Shown here piece after piece: positions 39,090 to 49,820 of a stretch of 64,000 nt of DNA; positions within the stretch are counted from its first letter, which is position 1, and the number at the start of each line of letters is the position of its first letter. The stretch spans positions 5,713 through 69,712 of the forward strand of contig JAJPIQ010000085.1 of assembly GCA_021324685.1 (NCBI GenBank), in the 5' to 3' direction. Origin of the DNA: Bacteroidota bacterium. Lineage in GTDB: Bacteria > Bacteroidota > Ignavibacteria > Palsa-1295. A program made the position numbers and the translations under genes. Below the pieces are notes generated by a model, which ran no database searches, had not been told where the DNA came from, and saw only the letters and a program-made list of their open reading frames with translations.

Positions 39090-42000
39090 ATGTATTTATC
39101 GAAATTAGAGATCATCGGTTTTAAGTCGTTTCCACAAAAAACGATGCTGAAGTTCGACTCGGGCATGACTGCGATCGTGGGCCCGAACGGGTGTGGAAAG
39201 TCCAACGTCGTCGATGCGATCCGTTGGGGCCTGGGCGAGCAGCGCGCGGGCACGCTCCGATCGGACGTGATGGAAAACGTGATCTTCAACGGTACGCGCA
39301 CGCGCAAGCCGCTCGGCATGTCCGAAGTTTCGATCACGATCGAAAACACGAAAGGCATTCTGCCGACGGAATACCAGGAAGTGACGATCACGCGCCGGCT
39401 CTTTCGCTCGGGTGAGTCCGAATACCTCCTCAATAAAGCACAGTGCCGCCTCCGCGATATCGTGGAGCTATTCATGGATACCGGTATGGGTGCCAATGCC
39501 TATTCGGTGATCGAACTGAAGATGATCGAAACGATCCTCTCGGACCGGACCGAAGAACGCCGCAAGCTGTTCGAGGAAGCAGCCGGCGTAACGAAATATA
39601 AAGCACGGCGCAAAGAAGCACTTCGCCGGCTGGACGAAGTGGCCGCCGATCTCGCCCGTGTCGACGATATCGTAAAAGAAGTTACAAAATCGGTCAATTC
39701 GCTCGAGCGCCAGGCCGAAAAAGCGAAGCGCCATGCGGAGCTTTCTCTGGACTTGCGGACTCAGGAGATCGACCTGCTCGAACGTGAATACGCGCAGACC
39801 TCCGAACGGATCGCCCCGCTCGTCAACGAACTCCACGATGCCGAAAGCCAGCGCGATCGCATTACCAGCGAGCTTTCGAAATACGAGGCGTTGCTCGATG
39901 TCCTGGAACGCGAAGAAAACGAGATCGAAACCCAGCTCATTTCTTCGGAACGCTCGGTTAAAGAGAAATCCGAGATCATCCAGCGTACGCGTGAGACGAT
40001 CGTTGCAACGGACGAGCGCATTAAAGCACTACATGAACAGAAAGCCCGCGCGGTCGCTGAATACGAGCGCCTGGAATCGGAAAAGATCGAGCTGGCACAG
40101 CGTATCGAAACGCTCCGCGAAGCCCATGCCCGTGCCGGCGAAGACCGCGAAAAATTAGGCGAAGAAAAACGAGAGAAGGAGCAGGTCCATGCCGAAGCAG
40201 AAACCGTGGTCCGGACCCGACGCGCCGATCTCGGCCGCGCTCGAGACGAGGTCTATGCCCTGCTCGACAAACGGAACGACCGCTCGAACGAACTTGGCCT
40301 TCGCCGTGCGCGCATCGAGGAATTAGAACGCCGCCTTGGAAAATTCGGGAGCGAATATGCAACGCTCGACTCGAAACACGCTTCGCTCCAGGAGGAAGCC
40401 CAGCGGCTTACCGGTCAGCTTGCAGAAGCGGCGCAGCGGATCGAACAGGCCGAGACTGCACACCAGGCCGCACTCGATCGGCAGCAGACGTTAAAGGCAA
40501 AATTAGACGAACTGCAGAACGCTTCGTTCACGGTCCAGAACGAGATCGGAAAAAAGATCTCGAAGATCGAATTCTTTACCGGTCTGGTCGAGCAAGGGAT
40601 CGGGGCCGGTGAAGGAACGCAATATCTCCTTTCGGCTTCCGGATGGGCAAGTTCCGATCCCATTAGCGTCGCCGATGCGTTCGATTGCGATTCGGAATAC
40701 CGCGTCGCATTCGAAAGCGCGTTAGGCGAGATCGCCTATTATCTTATCGTCGAGTCGAGCAGCGATGCCTTCGGAGCGGTCGAAGCACTGCGGCATGCGC
40801 AAAAAGGCAAAGCGACGCTCATCGCGCTCGATCGTGTCCCGAAACTCCCGGACTCCGCTCCTTCGGTGCATAACGGCAGGACGGCGCTATCGCTCGCGCG
40901 CTTTTCGGAGCGGTATCGCGATCTTTTTACGATGCTCCTTTCGAACATCGCGATTGTCGATTCGATCGACGTCGGATTTTCTTTGCTCGACGCCTCGTCC
41001 TCCATCGAACGCTGTGTCACGAAGGACGGCGAAGTCATTACGCGCACGGGCTTTGTCCGCGGCGGCTCGAAAAAGAGCACGGAAGGAATTTTAATCGGCA
41101 AGCGCGAGCAGATCCGCGAGCTCGAAGTCGATGTCGCCAATCTCAAGGCGGAACTGGCGCGCTACGAGCAGGAGATCGCCGAAACGAACCGTAGCTTCGA
41201 AGCGATCGACGTCCGTTCCCTCCTCTCGAAACTTCGGGAATCGGAAGAAGCCCGCCGCACGGTACAACTCCGCGCCGGACAAGTGCAATACGAGCTTACG
41301 CGCAGCGCGGAACAGCGCGAGAACCTTTCGCAGGAAGAAGCACGGCTCAAGGCCGACGTTGCTCCGATGCTCGAATCGTTACCGCCGCTCGAACGAGAGG
41401 TAACCGAGTTCGAACGCCAGCACGGCGAGGCGCTGGAACGCGCGGCCAAGCTCCAGGTCTCGGTCGAAGAGGCCGAGCGGCTGCTGGCCGAAGAAGCCCA
41501 GCGCTCGACCGAAGTCCAGGTCCGCTTTGCAAGCCTTGTTTCGGAGGTCTCTCGACTGGAAAGCGAAACGCGGCAGACCGAGCGCGCCATCCAGAATGCG
41601 GGCCAGCTTGCCGAACAGCGCCTGCGCGAACGCGAGCGGGCCGAAAGCGATCTTATCGAGCTCTCCGGAAAGCTCGATGAATTTCGTTCCATGCTCACGG
41701 GGCTCGACGAACAGCTTGCGGAAGCTTCCGGCTGGCATCAGGAGATCGCCGAACTCCGCAAGGCCAAACAAACCGAAGCCCATAAGTACCGGGAAGCCCT
41801 CCGCGAAGAACGTCAGGCGCACGATAAGACGATCAATATCACGCATGAACTCCAGATGAAGATCCAGGAGTTCGAAGGTAAGCTACGGCAGATCGAAGAC
41901 CGCGCACGCGAAGAGTTCGAGATCCCGCACATGGAGTGTAAGAGCTTCGAGGACGAATTTAATTTCGAAACGGCCCGGGAGTCCGTCCGTGAATTAAAGC

Positions 42001-42692
42001 AAAAGATCAGGAATCTGGGCGCGGTCAATCTGCTCGCCTACGATGAATTCCAGAAAGAGTCCGAGCGGCTGCAATTCCTCACGACGCAGCGGCGTGACCT
42101 TGCCGAAGCGCAGAAGAACCTGACCGATATGATCGAAGAGATCAATCAAACGGCCACAACGCAGTTCCTCACGACCTTCGAACAGATTCGCACTCATTTC
42201 CAGGATATTTTCCGTTCCCTTTTCGCCGAGGGCGACAATTGCGATCTTAAGCTCGAAGAAGACAAGGACCCGCTCGAAGCGCAGGTCGAAATTCTCGCCC
42301 AGCCGCGCGGCAAAAAACCGCACTCGATCGAACTCCTCTCGAGCGGCGAAAAAACACTCACCGCCATCGCGCTGCTGTTCGCGATCTATCTCGTGAAGCC
42401 AAGCCCGTTCTGCATCCTGGACGAAGTCGATGCTCCGCTCGACGATAACGCGATCGACCGCTTCCTATCGATCATTCGTCGTTTTGCGGTAAACACGCAG
42501 TTCATCGTCGTGACGCACAATAAGCGGACGATGGCCGCGGCCGATGCACTCTATGGCGTGACACAGGAAGAGGACGGCGTTTCGAAGATCGTCAGTGTAC
42601 GGCTAAAGAAAGAAGGTGTGGTCGTCCGCTCGAAAGATAAACGCGAGAACGCGATAGACAAACCTGAAGAAGAGATGCTCGAAGCAGCGTAG
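39090..42692 (+). CDS. smc: Chromosome segregation protein SMC
   Basis: GFKSF, GPNGCGKSN, long coiled coils with hinge, LSSGEK, LDEVDAPLD. Confidence 0.98.
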   Translation: MYLSKLEIIGFKSFPQKTMLKFDSGMTAIVGPNGCGKSNVVDAIRWGLGEQRAGTLRSDVMENVIFNGTRTRKPLGMSEVSITIENTKGILPTEYQEVTITRRLFRSGESEYLLNKAQCRLRDIVELFMDTGMGANAYSVIELKMIETILSDRTEERRKLFEEAAGVTKYKARRKEALRRLDEVAADLARVDDIVKEVTKSVNSLERQAEKAKRHAELSLDLRTQEIDLLEREYAQTSERIAPLVNELHDAESQRDRITSELSKYEALLDVLEREENEIETQLISSERSVKEKSEIIQRTRETIVATDERIKALHEQKARAVAEYERLESEKIELAQRIETLREAHARAGEDREKLGEEKREKEQVHAEAETVVRTRRADLGRARDEVYALLDKRNDRSNELGLRRARIEELERRLGKFGSEYATLDSKHASLQEEAQRLTGQLAEAAQRIEQAETAHQAALDRQQTLKAKLDELQNASFTVQNEIGKKISKIEFFTGLVEQGIGAGEGTQYLLSASGWASSDPISVADAFDCDSEYRVAFESALGEIAYYLIVESSSDAFGAVEALRHAQKGKATLIALDRVPKLPDSAPSVHNGRTALSLARFSERYRDLFTMLLSNIAIVDSIDVGFSLLDASSSIERCVTKDGEVITRTGFVRGGSKKSTEGILIGKREQIRELEVDVANLKAELARYEQEIAETNRSFEAIDVRSLLSKLRESEEARRTVQLRAGQVQYELTRSAEQRENLSQEEARLKADVAPMLESLPPLEREVTEFERQHGEALERAAKLQVSVEEAERLLAEEAQRSTEVQVRFASLVSEVSRLESETRQTERAIQNAGQLAEQRLRERERAESDLIELSGKLDEFRSMLTGLDEQLAEASGWHQEIAELRKAKQTEAHKYREALREERQAHDKTINITHELQMKIQEFEGKLRQIEDRAREEFEIPHMECKSFEDEFNFETARESVRELKQKIRNLGAVNLLAYDEFQKESERLQFLTTQRRDLAEAQKNLTDMIEEINQTATTQFLTTFEQIRTHFQDIFRSLFAEGDNCDLKLEEDKDPLEAQVEILAQPRGKKPHSIELLSSGEKTLTAIALLFAIYLVKPSPFCILDEVDAPLDDNAIDRFLSIIRRFAVNTQFIVVTHNKRTMAAADALYGVTQEEDGVSKIVSVRLKKEGVVVRSKDKRENAIDKPEEEMLEAA

Positions 42693-42721
42693 CCCGCTTC
42701 TCTATCTGCATCCTCTGCGCT

Positions 42722-42753
42722 TGCAAGCTTACGCTTGTACGTTTAAGCTTGCA
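42722..42753. terminator. Hairpin between the convergent smc and DUF5916 genes
   Basis: TGCAAGCTTA / TAAGCTTGCA perfect 10-bp inverted repeat. Confidence 0.5.
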
Positions 42754-45082
42754 TGAGATATTGCACTTTTACGAAGAACTGCCGCTCATGGGGCTGGACC
42801 GGAGAAACGAGATCGGCCGCAGTGAAATCGTGAGTGGAACCGGCATAAAAGCAGGTGAAGGGATTTAGTTTGTAAGCCAGCAGCGGGTCGATATCGAGCG
42901 TTCGGGTGAACCCATCGTATTGCACAATGGCCCGAAGATTCAGTTCCTTCGTAAACTGGTAGGTGATCCGTGCGAAGTAAATCGATCCGGAATAAAAATA
43001 TCCGCCGCTATCGTTGCCGAGCTGCGAGAACGTATAATTCGGTTCGATCGTCAGCTCGTCGAACGGCCGAATGCGCGCATACAAATTGAGATCGGTCTGT
43101 TTTCCGGCTTCGGGAATATCGAGCAAGTGAGCAATTTCCCTTCCCACGGTAATTTCCCCGCCGAGCGTGACGATCTGATCGAACCGTGTGCTGCCGCTGA
43201 CGTCGAACTGGTGAAGCCCCGTAAAGGTCACGTGGTGGAACTCTTCGTTATAGGGCCGGTAATAGACGTGGAGCTGGGTCTCCCCCACCATGGAAAGGTC
43301 TATTTCGGGCCGCAGGGCGACGTACTTGGTCTCGTTCTCGTAATTCCAGGTCCGGGAGGCGCTCAGGCTGCCATCGATCTCGACAAGCCATTTCAGCCAG
43401 GCGGGCGGGTCGTGCTGTGGGAATTTATACCCTGTGAACTCCTCGGCCGCATGATAATCGCTTGTCGTGATAAAACCGTCCGCCGCCCGAAAGGTCGGGC
43501 TGTAGTCGATATACGAAAGCTTTACGTCGAGACCCGGAGTAAACCGTTGAATGGCGGCATAGTCCGAATTTCCCCAGAAGTGTTCTCCATCGAGTTCCAG
43601 CGTATGGGCTCCGCCATCGAAGCGTTCCGCTGTTCCAAGGTAGGTCGGCGCGAGCGAATCGAAGGACTGTTCCCGAGTTTGGCTGAACAACGTCTGTCCC
43701 AGTATTTCAATATTTTCCCATAATCGGACATGCCCATCGAAGCCGAAGACCGTATTCGTTCCATTCATCGTGTATCGCCGATCCGTGACGAGGATGCCCA
43801 GGTAATCGCTGCTTCCGAAATTATGAGTCGCGCGAAAGATCGTGGCAAGGCTTTTACCGACGTCCGGCAGAATGACGCTGCGTTCCTCGAGCGGAATGAT
43901 CATCGGAGTATTATCGTCGTAGCCGCTTAAGAAGGCGACGCTATTATGCTCGTCGCGATGCAATGTCTTTACGATCGCAAAGGGGCTGTTAATGGAACGT
44001 GTATAGACCGCACTGATATACGTGTTCAACAAATCGCTCCCGTCCTGAAAAAACGGACGGTGCTCCGGATAAAAGAGCGCAAAGGGTGTATTGACTTGTA
44101 CCTGCGCCTGATCGGCCTCGACCTGGCTGAAATCCGGCTTGATCGCGGCTTCCAGGTCCGTCGCCGGCCCGAGTGCGTACGCGATCCCGAGCGATGGCGA
44201 AATCACCGGGGAGCTATTGACGAGCGGCGCACTCGGCGTGGAAAGGTTTGACTCGGCATCCTGCGAGACCACAAGCGCCGGCAGCAGGTCGAGCTTGCCG
44301 GCGGGATGGATATTTTCGATCCCGGTCAGCGTGCCGAACTGACAAAAAAAGCACGGGATCGTGAAGTCCATGGGCGCCCAGCTCATTTTGTAATCGACCT
44401 CACGAGGCCAGTTACGCCAGAACGTCATATGAAAGTCCTGCACGGTACGGTTCGGGAAACGGAGGCTTTTGAATGGGATGCGCATCTCGGTCTGCCAGCC
44501 CGTCGCGGTGATCTTGGACTCTGCATCGTAGACAAGATCGTACGTGTCGTCTTCATTCGTCGTCGTCCAGAAGAGGTCCCCTTGAATGCCTTTGGGCGAA
44601 GCGTAGATTTCGAAGGCGCGGGTCGCATCGCCGTAGGGATCAAGAATAATTCCCATGAAATCGTCGTCCCAGATCTTATCGCGCGCGACCATGCCCGCCC
44701 GGATCCGCTCGGGATGATTGTCATACCCGATCATGGCGATATAGAGATAATTCTCATCGTAGGTGATAAAAGCTTCCGTCCGAACTTTCGGCTTCGTGTC
44801 GGGAATAGGGAGCGCGCAGGTAAAGACATCCGTGTGCGCGGCATGCTTCCACCCTTCGTCGTTCAGATCGCCATCGATCGCGATCTCACCTTCGCGCGGC
44901 GTAACGTGGAGCGTCGGTTTTTTTATGGGGCGATATGCCGTGTCGGCGGCTTCCTGAGCGAAGGCAGTTGGGGCCGTACACAGTGTTGCAACGCATAGCG
45001 CCACCACACACAGCAAAGCAGTGAACGATCGGGGCATCGGGGTATCAAGAAAAAGTGACCGCAAGTATGAATTGGTATTCAT
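42743..45082 (-). CDS. CBM9-like plus DUF5916 outer-membrane protein
   Basis: IDGDLNDEGW, EMRIPFKSLRF, PDFSQVEAD, FYPEHRPFF, YTRSI; beta-barrel C-terminus; start may be 45037. Confidence 0.88.
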   Translation of the reverse strand: MNTNSYLRSLFLDTPMPRSFTALLCVVALCVATLCTAPTAFAQEAADTAYRPIKKPTLHVTPREGEIAIDGDLNDEGWKHAAHTDVFTCALPIPDTKPKVRTEAFITYDENYLYIAMIGYDNHPERIRAGMVARDKIWDDDFMGIILDPYGDATRAFEIYASPKGIQGDLFWTTTNEDDTYDLVYDAESKITATGWQTEMRIPFKSLRFPNRTVQDFHMTFWRNWPREVDYKMSWAPMDFTIPCFFCQFGTLTGIENIHPAGKLDLLPALVVSQDAESNLSTPSAPLVNSSPVISPSLGIAYALGPATDLEAAIKPDFSQVEADQAQVQVNTPFALFYPEHRPFFQDGSDLLNTYISAVYTRSINSPFAIVKTLHRDEHNSVAFLSGYDDNTPMIIPLEERSVILPDVGKSLATIFRATHNFGSSDYLGILVTDRRYTMNGTNTVFGFDGHVRLWENIEILGQTLFSQTREQSFDSLAPTYLGTAERFDGGAHTLELDGEHFWGNSDYAAIQRFTPGLDVKLSYIDYSPTFRAADGFITTSDYHAAEEFTGYKFPQHDPPAWLKWLVEIDGSLSASRTWNYENETKYVALRPEIDLSMVGETQLHVYYRPYNEEFHHVTFTGLHQFDVSGSTRFDQIVTLGGEITVGREIAHLLDIPEAGKQTDLNLYARIRPFDELTIEPNYTFSQLGNDSGGYFYSGSIYFARITYQFTKELNLRAIVQYDGFTRTLDIDPLLAYKLNPFTCFYAGSTHDFTAADLVSPVQPHERQFFVKVQYLMQA

Positions 45083-45394
45083 CCCTACGGTACGCTCCCC
45101 TCCCGTGTTACACTCTTTTGGCCGGCGAGACGCCCTACTCTCGAACGATCTTCATAGCCGCGCTTTCGCCCTTGTCCGCAACGACCTTGTAAAAATAGGT
45201 ACCCTCCGAAAGGTCGCCTTCATCCAGCAAGAGATCGCTGAAGGCACTCGTGACGCGATAGCGCTTCACCTCCGTTCCGTCTTCGCGAAATAGCACGATG
45301 TCACCGGCCACCGACGATTTGTTACAGCTTTAATTTCGCGAACGTTGCCCTGTTTTCGCTTGTTTTTGGCCCGGTTCTCCGCATTGAATTATTT

Positions 45395-47179
45395 ATGAAG
45401 CCGACCGATACTCAAAACCCCGATTATTTTCATAAAGTCGTCGATTGCCAATGGGCATGCCCGGCGCATACGAACGTGCCGGAATACATCCGGCTCATCG
45501 CGCAGGGGCGATATGACGATGCCTACATGGTCAACCGCGAGTCGAACGTGTTTCCGGGGATTCTCGGGCGGACGTGCGACCGACCCTGCGAGCCCGCCTG
45601 CCGGCGCGACCGGGTCGACGGAAAGCCGGTCGCCATCTGCCGTTTAAAGCGCGTCGCTGCCGATATGCGCGACGATATTTCGGATCGCCTGCCAAGCATC
45701 CCCATTGAGAAGAATGGCAAGCGCATCGCCTGTATTGGTGCCGGCCCTGCCTCGCTGACGGTCGCGAACGACCTGATGCCGCTCGGTTACAATGTAACTA
45801 TTTTTGAAGCGATGGACCAGCCGGGCGGGCTCATGCGCTCGAACATTCCCTCCTTTCGCCTTCCGGCCCATGTGCTCGATGAAGAGATCGCGATGATCGT
45901 CGATATGGGAGTCGATGTCCGCTACAACTCCCCGATCGCGAGCATGAAATCGCTGCTGGACGAGAATTACGATGCGGTTTTCGTCGGCTCCGGCGCGCCC
46001 CGCGGAAAAGATCTGAATATTCCGGGCCGTAAAGAAGCGGCCGCCAATATTCATATCGGGATCGACTGGCTTTTCTCGCTCGCCTTCGGGCATATCGATA
46101 AGATCGGCGAGCGTGTGCTGATCATCGGTGTGGGAAATACGGCGATGGACTGCTGCCGCTCGTCCCGTCGATTGGGTGGGAAGGATATTAAAGTCATGGC
46201 GCGCCGCCCCCGCAAATATTTCAAAGCATCACCATGGGAATTGGAAGATGCGGAGGAAGAAGGGATCGAGATCGTGATCAACCACGCGCCGAAACGGTTC
46301 GTGATCGAAAACGGCAAGCTCGTCGGAATGGAATTCGAGCGGCTCGAATGGAACGAAGGCGCCACCGAATCCCGCACCGTCGATACCGTCGTTATTCCGT
46401 GCGACGATGTGATCCTTGCGATCGGCCAGGACAACGCCTTCCCATGGATCGAAAAAGATCTCGGAATGGAATTCGGTAAATGGGACATGCCGAAGGTCGA
46501 CGAAACCACGCACATGTCCACGCTGCCCGGCGTCTTTTTCGGGGGCGATGCCGCATGGGGACCGAAGAATATCATCTGGGCGGTCGAGCACGGACATCAG
46601 GCGGCCATTTCGATCCACAATTATGCGAGCGGGGTCCCGGTCACCGAGCGTCCGCCGCGTGGAATGAATTTGGTGAGCCAGAAAATGGGACTGAGCGAGT
46701 GGTCGTACCACAATAATTACGATCCCATCATGCGGCAGAAAATGAAGCACGTCGATCTCGTCGAGCGCTTCAAGAACCTGTCGACCGAAGTGGAACTCGG
46801 CTTCACGCCCGAGCAGACCGCGCACGAAGTCCAGCGCTGCCTCAACTGCGACATGGAAACGGTCTTCTTCGCGCCGAAGTGTATCGAGTGCGACGCCTGC
46901 ATCGATATTTGCCCGGTGCAGTGCCTCACGATCACCAAGGATGCGCCCGACGAAATGGAACTTCGCAGCCGGCTTTCGGCTCCAGCGATAAATCTTAGTC
47001 AGGCGCTTTTTGTCTCGGAACCATTAAAGCAGACCGGCCGCATTATGGCGAAGGACGAAGATATTTGCGTACACTGCGGCCTCTGCGCCGAACGCTGCCC
47101 GACCTTTGCATGGGATATGCAGAAGTTCGATGCGATCATTCCGAAAGCGATCGATATGCGGGAACTGGCGATGGCATAA
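45395..47179 (+). CDS. GltD-like FAD-dependent oxidoreductase with C-terminal 2x[4Fe-4S] ferredoxin domain
   Basis: CQWACP, CDRPCEPAC, GAGPA, GVGNTAMD, RCLNC, CIECDACIDICP, CVHCGLCAERCP. Confidence 0.92.
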   Translation: MKPTDTQNPDYFHKVVDCQWACPAHTNVPEYIRLIAQGRYDDAYMVNRESNVFPGILGRTCDRPCEPACRRDRVDGKPVAICRLKRVAADMRDDISDRLPSIPIEKNGKRIACIGAGPASLTVANDLMPLGYNVTIFEAMDQPGGLMRSNIPSFRLPAHVLDEEIAMIVDMGVDVRYNSPIASMKSLLDENYDAVFVGSGAPRGKDLNIPGRKEAAANIHIGIDWLFSLAFGHIDKIGERVLIIGVGNTAMDCCRSSRRLGGKDIKVMARRPRKYFKASPWELEDAEEEGIEIVINHAPKRFVIENGKLVGMEFERLEWNEGATESRTVDTVVIPCDDVILAIGQDNAFPWIEKDLGMEFGKWDMPKVDETTHMSTLPGVFFGGDAAWGPKNIIWAVEHGHQAAISIHNYASGVPVTERPPRGMNLVSQKMGLSEWSYHNNYDPIMRQKMKHVDLVERFKNLSTEVELGFTPEQTAHEVQRCLNCDMETVFFAPKCIECDACIDICPVQCLTITKDAPDEMELRSRLSAPAINLSQALFVSEPLKQTGRIMAKDEDICVHCGLCAERCPTFAWDMQKFDAIIPKAIDMRELAMA

Positions 47180-47214
47180 TTTCTTCTGAATCTCTAAGCT
47201 TTCCTACGTTCTCC

Positions 47215-47952
47215 ATGTCCCTGAAGCTTCTTCTCACCGGCGCGACCGGCATGGTCGGTGAAGGCGTGCTGCACGAAGCATTGCAGTTCCCGACTGTCGA
47301 ACGCGTTACACTGCTGGGGCGCCGTGCAAGCGGCGTGGTACATCCGAAAATCCGTGAAATAGTCCACGAAGATCTTTTCGATCTATCTTCGATCGAAGAC
47401 CGGCTTTCGGGCTTCGATGCCTGCCTCTTTTGCCTGGGAACGACCTCCATCGGCAAGGACGAATCCGAGTACCGCCGCACCACGCACGATCTCACCATGT
47501 CCCTTGCCGAAACGCTCGTGAAGAAGAATCCCTCAATGACCTTTTGCTACATTTCTGCAATGGGAGCAGATAATTCACTGCGCGGAGGCGGTTCCAAAAG
47601 CAGATGGAAAGGAGATGAAGCAAAAGGCCTGTGCCTTCCCTCGAACAGGCCTGCTCGTACCATGTGGGCGCAGGTGAAAGGTGAAACCGAAAACGATCTG
47701 ATGAAACTGCCGTTCAAAGCGGTCTACTCATTTCGTCCGGGATTTCTCTATCCGACTCCGGGCATGAAGCATACTCAGAAATATTACAAGTATATTCTGT
47801 GGATGTATCCCTTTCTTCGCATTTTCGTCTCCTCTCGTGTTTCCACCCTTGCCGAACTTGGCCGCGCGATGCTCCGCGTTGCGGAGAATGGATATCCGAA
47901 AACTATTCTGGAGGTGACGGATATAAAAGCAGCTGCTGTGCTACGGCGCTGA
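47215..47952 (+). CDS. NAD(P)-binding epimerase/dehydratase-like protein
   Basis: LTGATGMVG, FCLG, MWAQVKGETENDL, FRPG; start at ATG 47215. Confidence 0.9.
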   Translation: MSLKLLLTGATGMVGEGVLHEALQFPTVERVTLLGRRASGVVHPKIREIVHEDLFDLSSIEDRLSGFDACLFCLGTTSIGKDESEYRRTTHDLTMSLAETLVKKNPSMTFCYISAMGADNSLRGGGSKSRWKGDEAKGLCLPSNRPARTMWAQVKGETENDLMKLPFKAVYSFRPGFLYPTPGMKHTQKYYKYILWMYPFLRIFVSSRVSTLAELGRAMLRVAENGYPKTILEVTDIKAAAVLRR

Positions 47953-48828
47953 ATACTCATCCCACAGTGCTTTCGCTATTCTGGCAATGACCGATTCCCT
48001 TACCTCCATCTCGGCATATGAATCTCCGACGAACACCGCGATGGCAAGATGATGGTGATTCGGAAGTGTGATGATACCAACATCGTTTGTCGCCGGAGAA
48101 AGATGTTCGGCGTTCGTGTTCGAGGTACCAGTCTTGTGTGCGAAGATGGTTCCGGGCGGAAGCAGTGCTTTTATGCGAGCTTGGCCGGTTGTTGTCTCCC
48201 TCATTGTTTGAAGTAAGTAATCGTTACTCGATTTGGAAAGTGCGCTTCCCGCACTCACTATTGCGAGAAGATCGATCATGGTTTGAGGAGTACACCAATT
48301 CCGATATTGTGCCGGCCACTGAGCCGCCATTTGACGCTCCGAAACCTGGATCGAGATCGCTTTTAGTCCCAGGGTATGCATGTATTGATCGACTGCCTTT
48401 GGACCTCCGATGAGTTTCAAAAGTCGATCGCATGCACAATTATCGCTAAACGATACCATCGATTGGATTACTTCTCGGGCAGGAATACTGACGTTGCCTT
48501 TCGGATATTTATCACGAAGTGGGCTATTAAACGTCTTAAACATATCGTCCCGAGTAAAATGAATAGAATCGCTAAGCGAGAACTTCCCTTCATCGACAAG
48601 ATGTAAATAGGTCATAGCGATCGGCAGCTTAAAGACACTATGCAACACGAAGGGTCGCGAACCATTAAAAAAGATGGTATCGCCTGTTTCGAGTTCCTTT
48701 ACGCCAAGCCCAACAACTCCTTTAGATTCCAATGCAATGTTTGCAATCTGGGCACGAAGTAATGGATGATTCGACTTCGTGTCCTGTCCGGTAAGTACAA
48801 GAAGCGAAAGTAAGAAAAGTGACTTCAT
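47941..48828 (-). CDS. bla: Class A beta-lactamase (subclass A2-like)
   Basis: SVFK, SDN, omega-loop Glu (SERQM), HKTGTS, NDVGIITLP; signal peptide. Confidence 0.92.
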   Translation of the reverse strand: MKSLFLLSLLVLTGQDTKSNHPLLRAQIANIALESKGVVGLGVKELETGDTIFFNGSRPFVLHSVFKLPIAMTYLHLVDEGKFSLSDSIHFTRDDMFKTFNSPLRDKYPKGNVSIPAREVIQSMVSFSDNCACDRLLKLIGGPKAVDQYMHTLGLKAISIQVSERQMAAQWPAQYRNWCTPQTMIDLLAIVSAGSALSKSSNDYLLQTMRETTTGQARIKALLPPGTIFAHKTGTSNTNAEHLSPATNDVGIITLPNHHHLAIAVFVGDSYAEMEVRESVIARIAKALWDEYSAP

Positions 48829-48919
48829 TAAGCTGCGAACCGGACCCCCTTTAAGAAAAATCCAATCGGGGCATAAACCGTCTGATATCGTTTTTGAAAC
48901 TCTTCTCCAAAAACTTTCG

Positions 48920-48942
48920 TATATTTGTAACCAAGTGGTTAC
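48920..48942 (+). promoter_or_regulatory. -7 promoter element and palindromic operator at the ArsR start
   Basis: TATATTTG (48920-27) then GTAACCA-AG-TGGTTAC (48927-42), overlapping the GTG start at 48935. Confidence 0.65.
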
Positions 48943-49300
48943 GCATTCAGCACGGAGGGACGTTTTTCAGGCTATCGCCGATCCGAATCGGCGGGCGATC
49001 ATCAGTTTGTTAGCGCAGAAAAAGCTGACCATGAACGACGTCGCGAACCACTTTACCGTCAGTCGTCCGGCCATATCGAAGCATGTAAAAGTACTGACCG
49101 AGTGTGGACTTGTGAAGATCGAAAAGCAGGGACGCGAGCGCTATTGCACCATCCAACCAGATAAACTTTCCGAAGTCTCCGACTGGGTCGAGCAATACCG
49201 CCAGTTGTGGGAAGAGCGCTTCGACCGGCTCGAAAAATATCTGGAGGAAATTCAATCGAAAGATAAAAAACATGGCAACAAAAAATCAGATGACCGTTGA
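48935..49300 (+). CDS. ArsR/SmtB family regulator
   Basis: RRDVFQAIADPNRR, SRPAISKHVKVL, WEERFDRLE; start moved to GTG 48935. Confidence 0.93.
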   Translation: MVTHSARRDVFQAIADPNRRAIISLLAQKKLTMNDVANHFTVSRPAISKHVKVLTECGLVKIEKQGRERYCTIQPDKLSEVSDWVEQYRQLWEERFDRLEKYLEEIQSKDKKHGNKKSDDR

Positions 49301-49820
49301 GGTCGTCGACAATGAAGTCATTTTGCGACGCATGATCAATGCGCCGAGGGAACTCGTGTTCGATGCATTCACGCAGGCGGAACACATATCGGAATGGTTT
49401 GGACCGCACGGGATGGAAACCACGGCCGAAACCGATCCACGCGAAGGTGGGTCATTTCGCATCGTCATGCATGCGACCGATGCCCTTCCACTCGAGTTCC
49501 AGGGCGATTATCCGATGTTCGGAACGTATCTCGAGTTCAAGCGGCCGGAAAAACTTGTCTGGACGAGCGATCTTTCGGAGCATTCCGAATCCTGGAAATC
49601 CCGGATGCGGGAGCGATGCAAAAGCTCGATGGACAGCGAGGTGTTTCGAGCGATCGCCACTCTCACGCTCGATGATGTGAATGGAAAAACATTCGTTACG
49701 CTTCGTTCCACATTCGTTTCGAATCCTATTCGCGATGGATATGTCGAAACGGGCATGAACCAGGGATGGAGCGAAAGTTTCGATCGTCTTGAGCGATATT
49801 TGGAAAGGGTCCCGGCATGA
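49272..49820 (+). CDS. SRPBCC/AHSA1 domain protein
   Basis: APRELVFDAFT, WFGP, GWSESFDRL. Confidence 0.92.
   Translation: MATKNQMTVEVVDNEVILRRMINAPRELVFDAFTQAEHISEWFGPHGMETTAETDPREGGSFRIVMHATDALPLEFQGDYPMFGTYLEFKRPEKLVWTSDLSEHSESWKSRMRERCKSSMDSEVFRAIATLTLDDVNGKTFVTLRSTFVSNPIRDGYVETGMNQGWSESFDRLERYLERVPA

Noticed and set aside
45200-45290. Glycine- or SAM-riboswitch-like words (GAGATCGCTGAAGGCAC) upstream of the oxidoreductase
   Set aside because: Only a short GCCTTCA/TGAAGGC stem; other consensus elements not found
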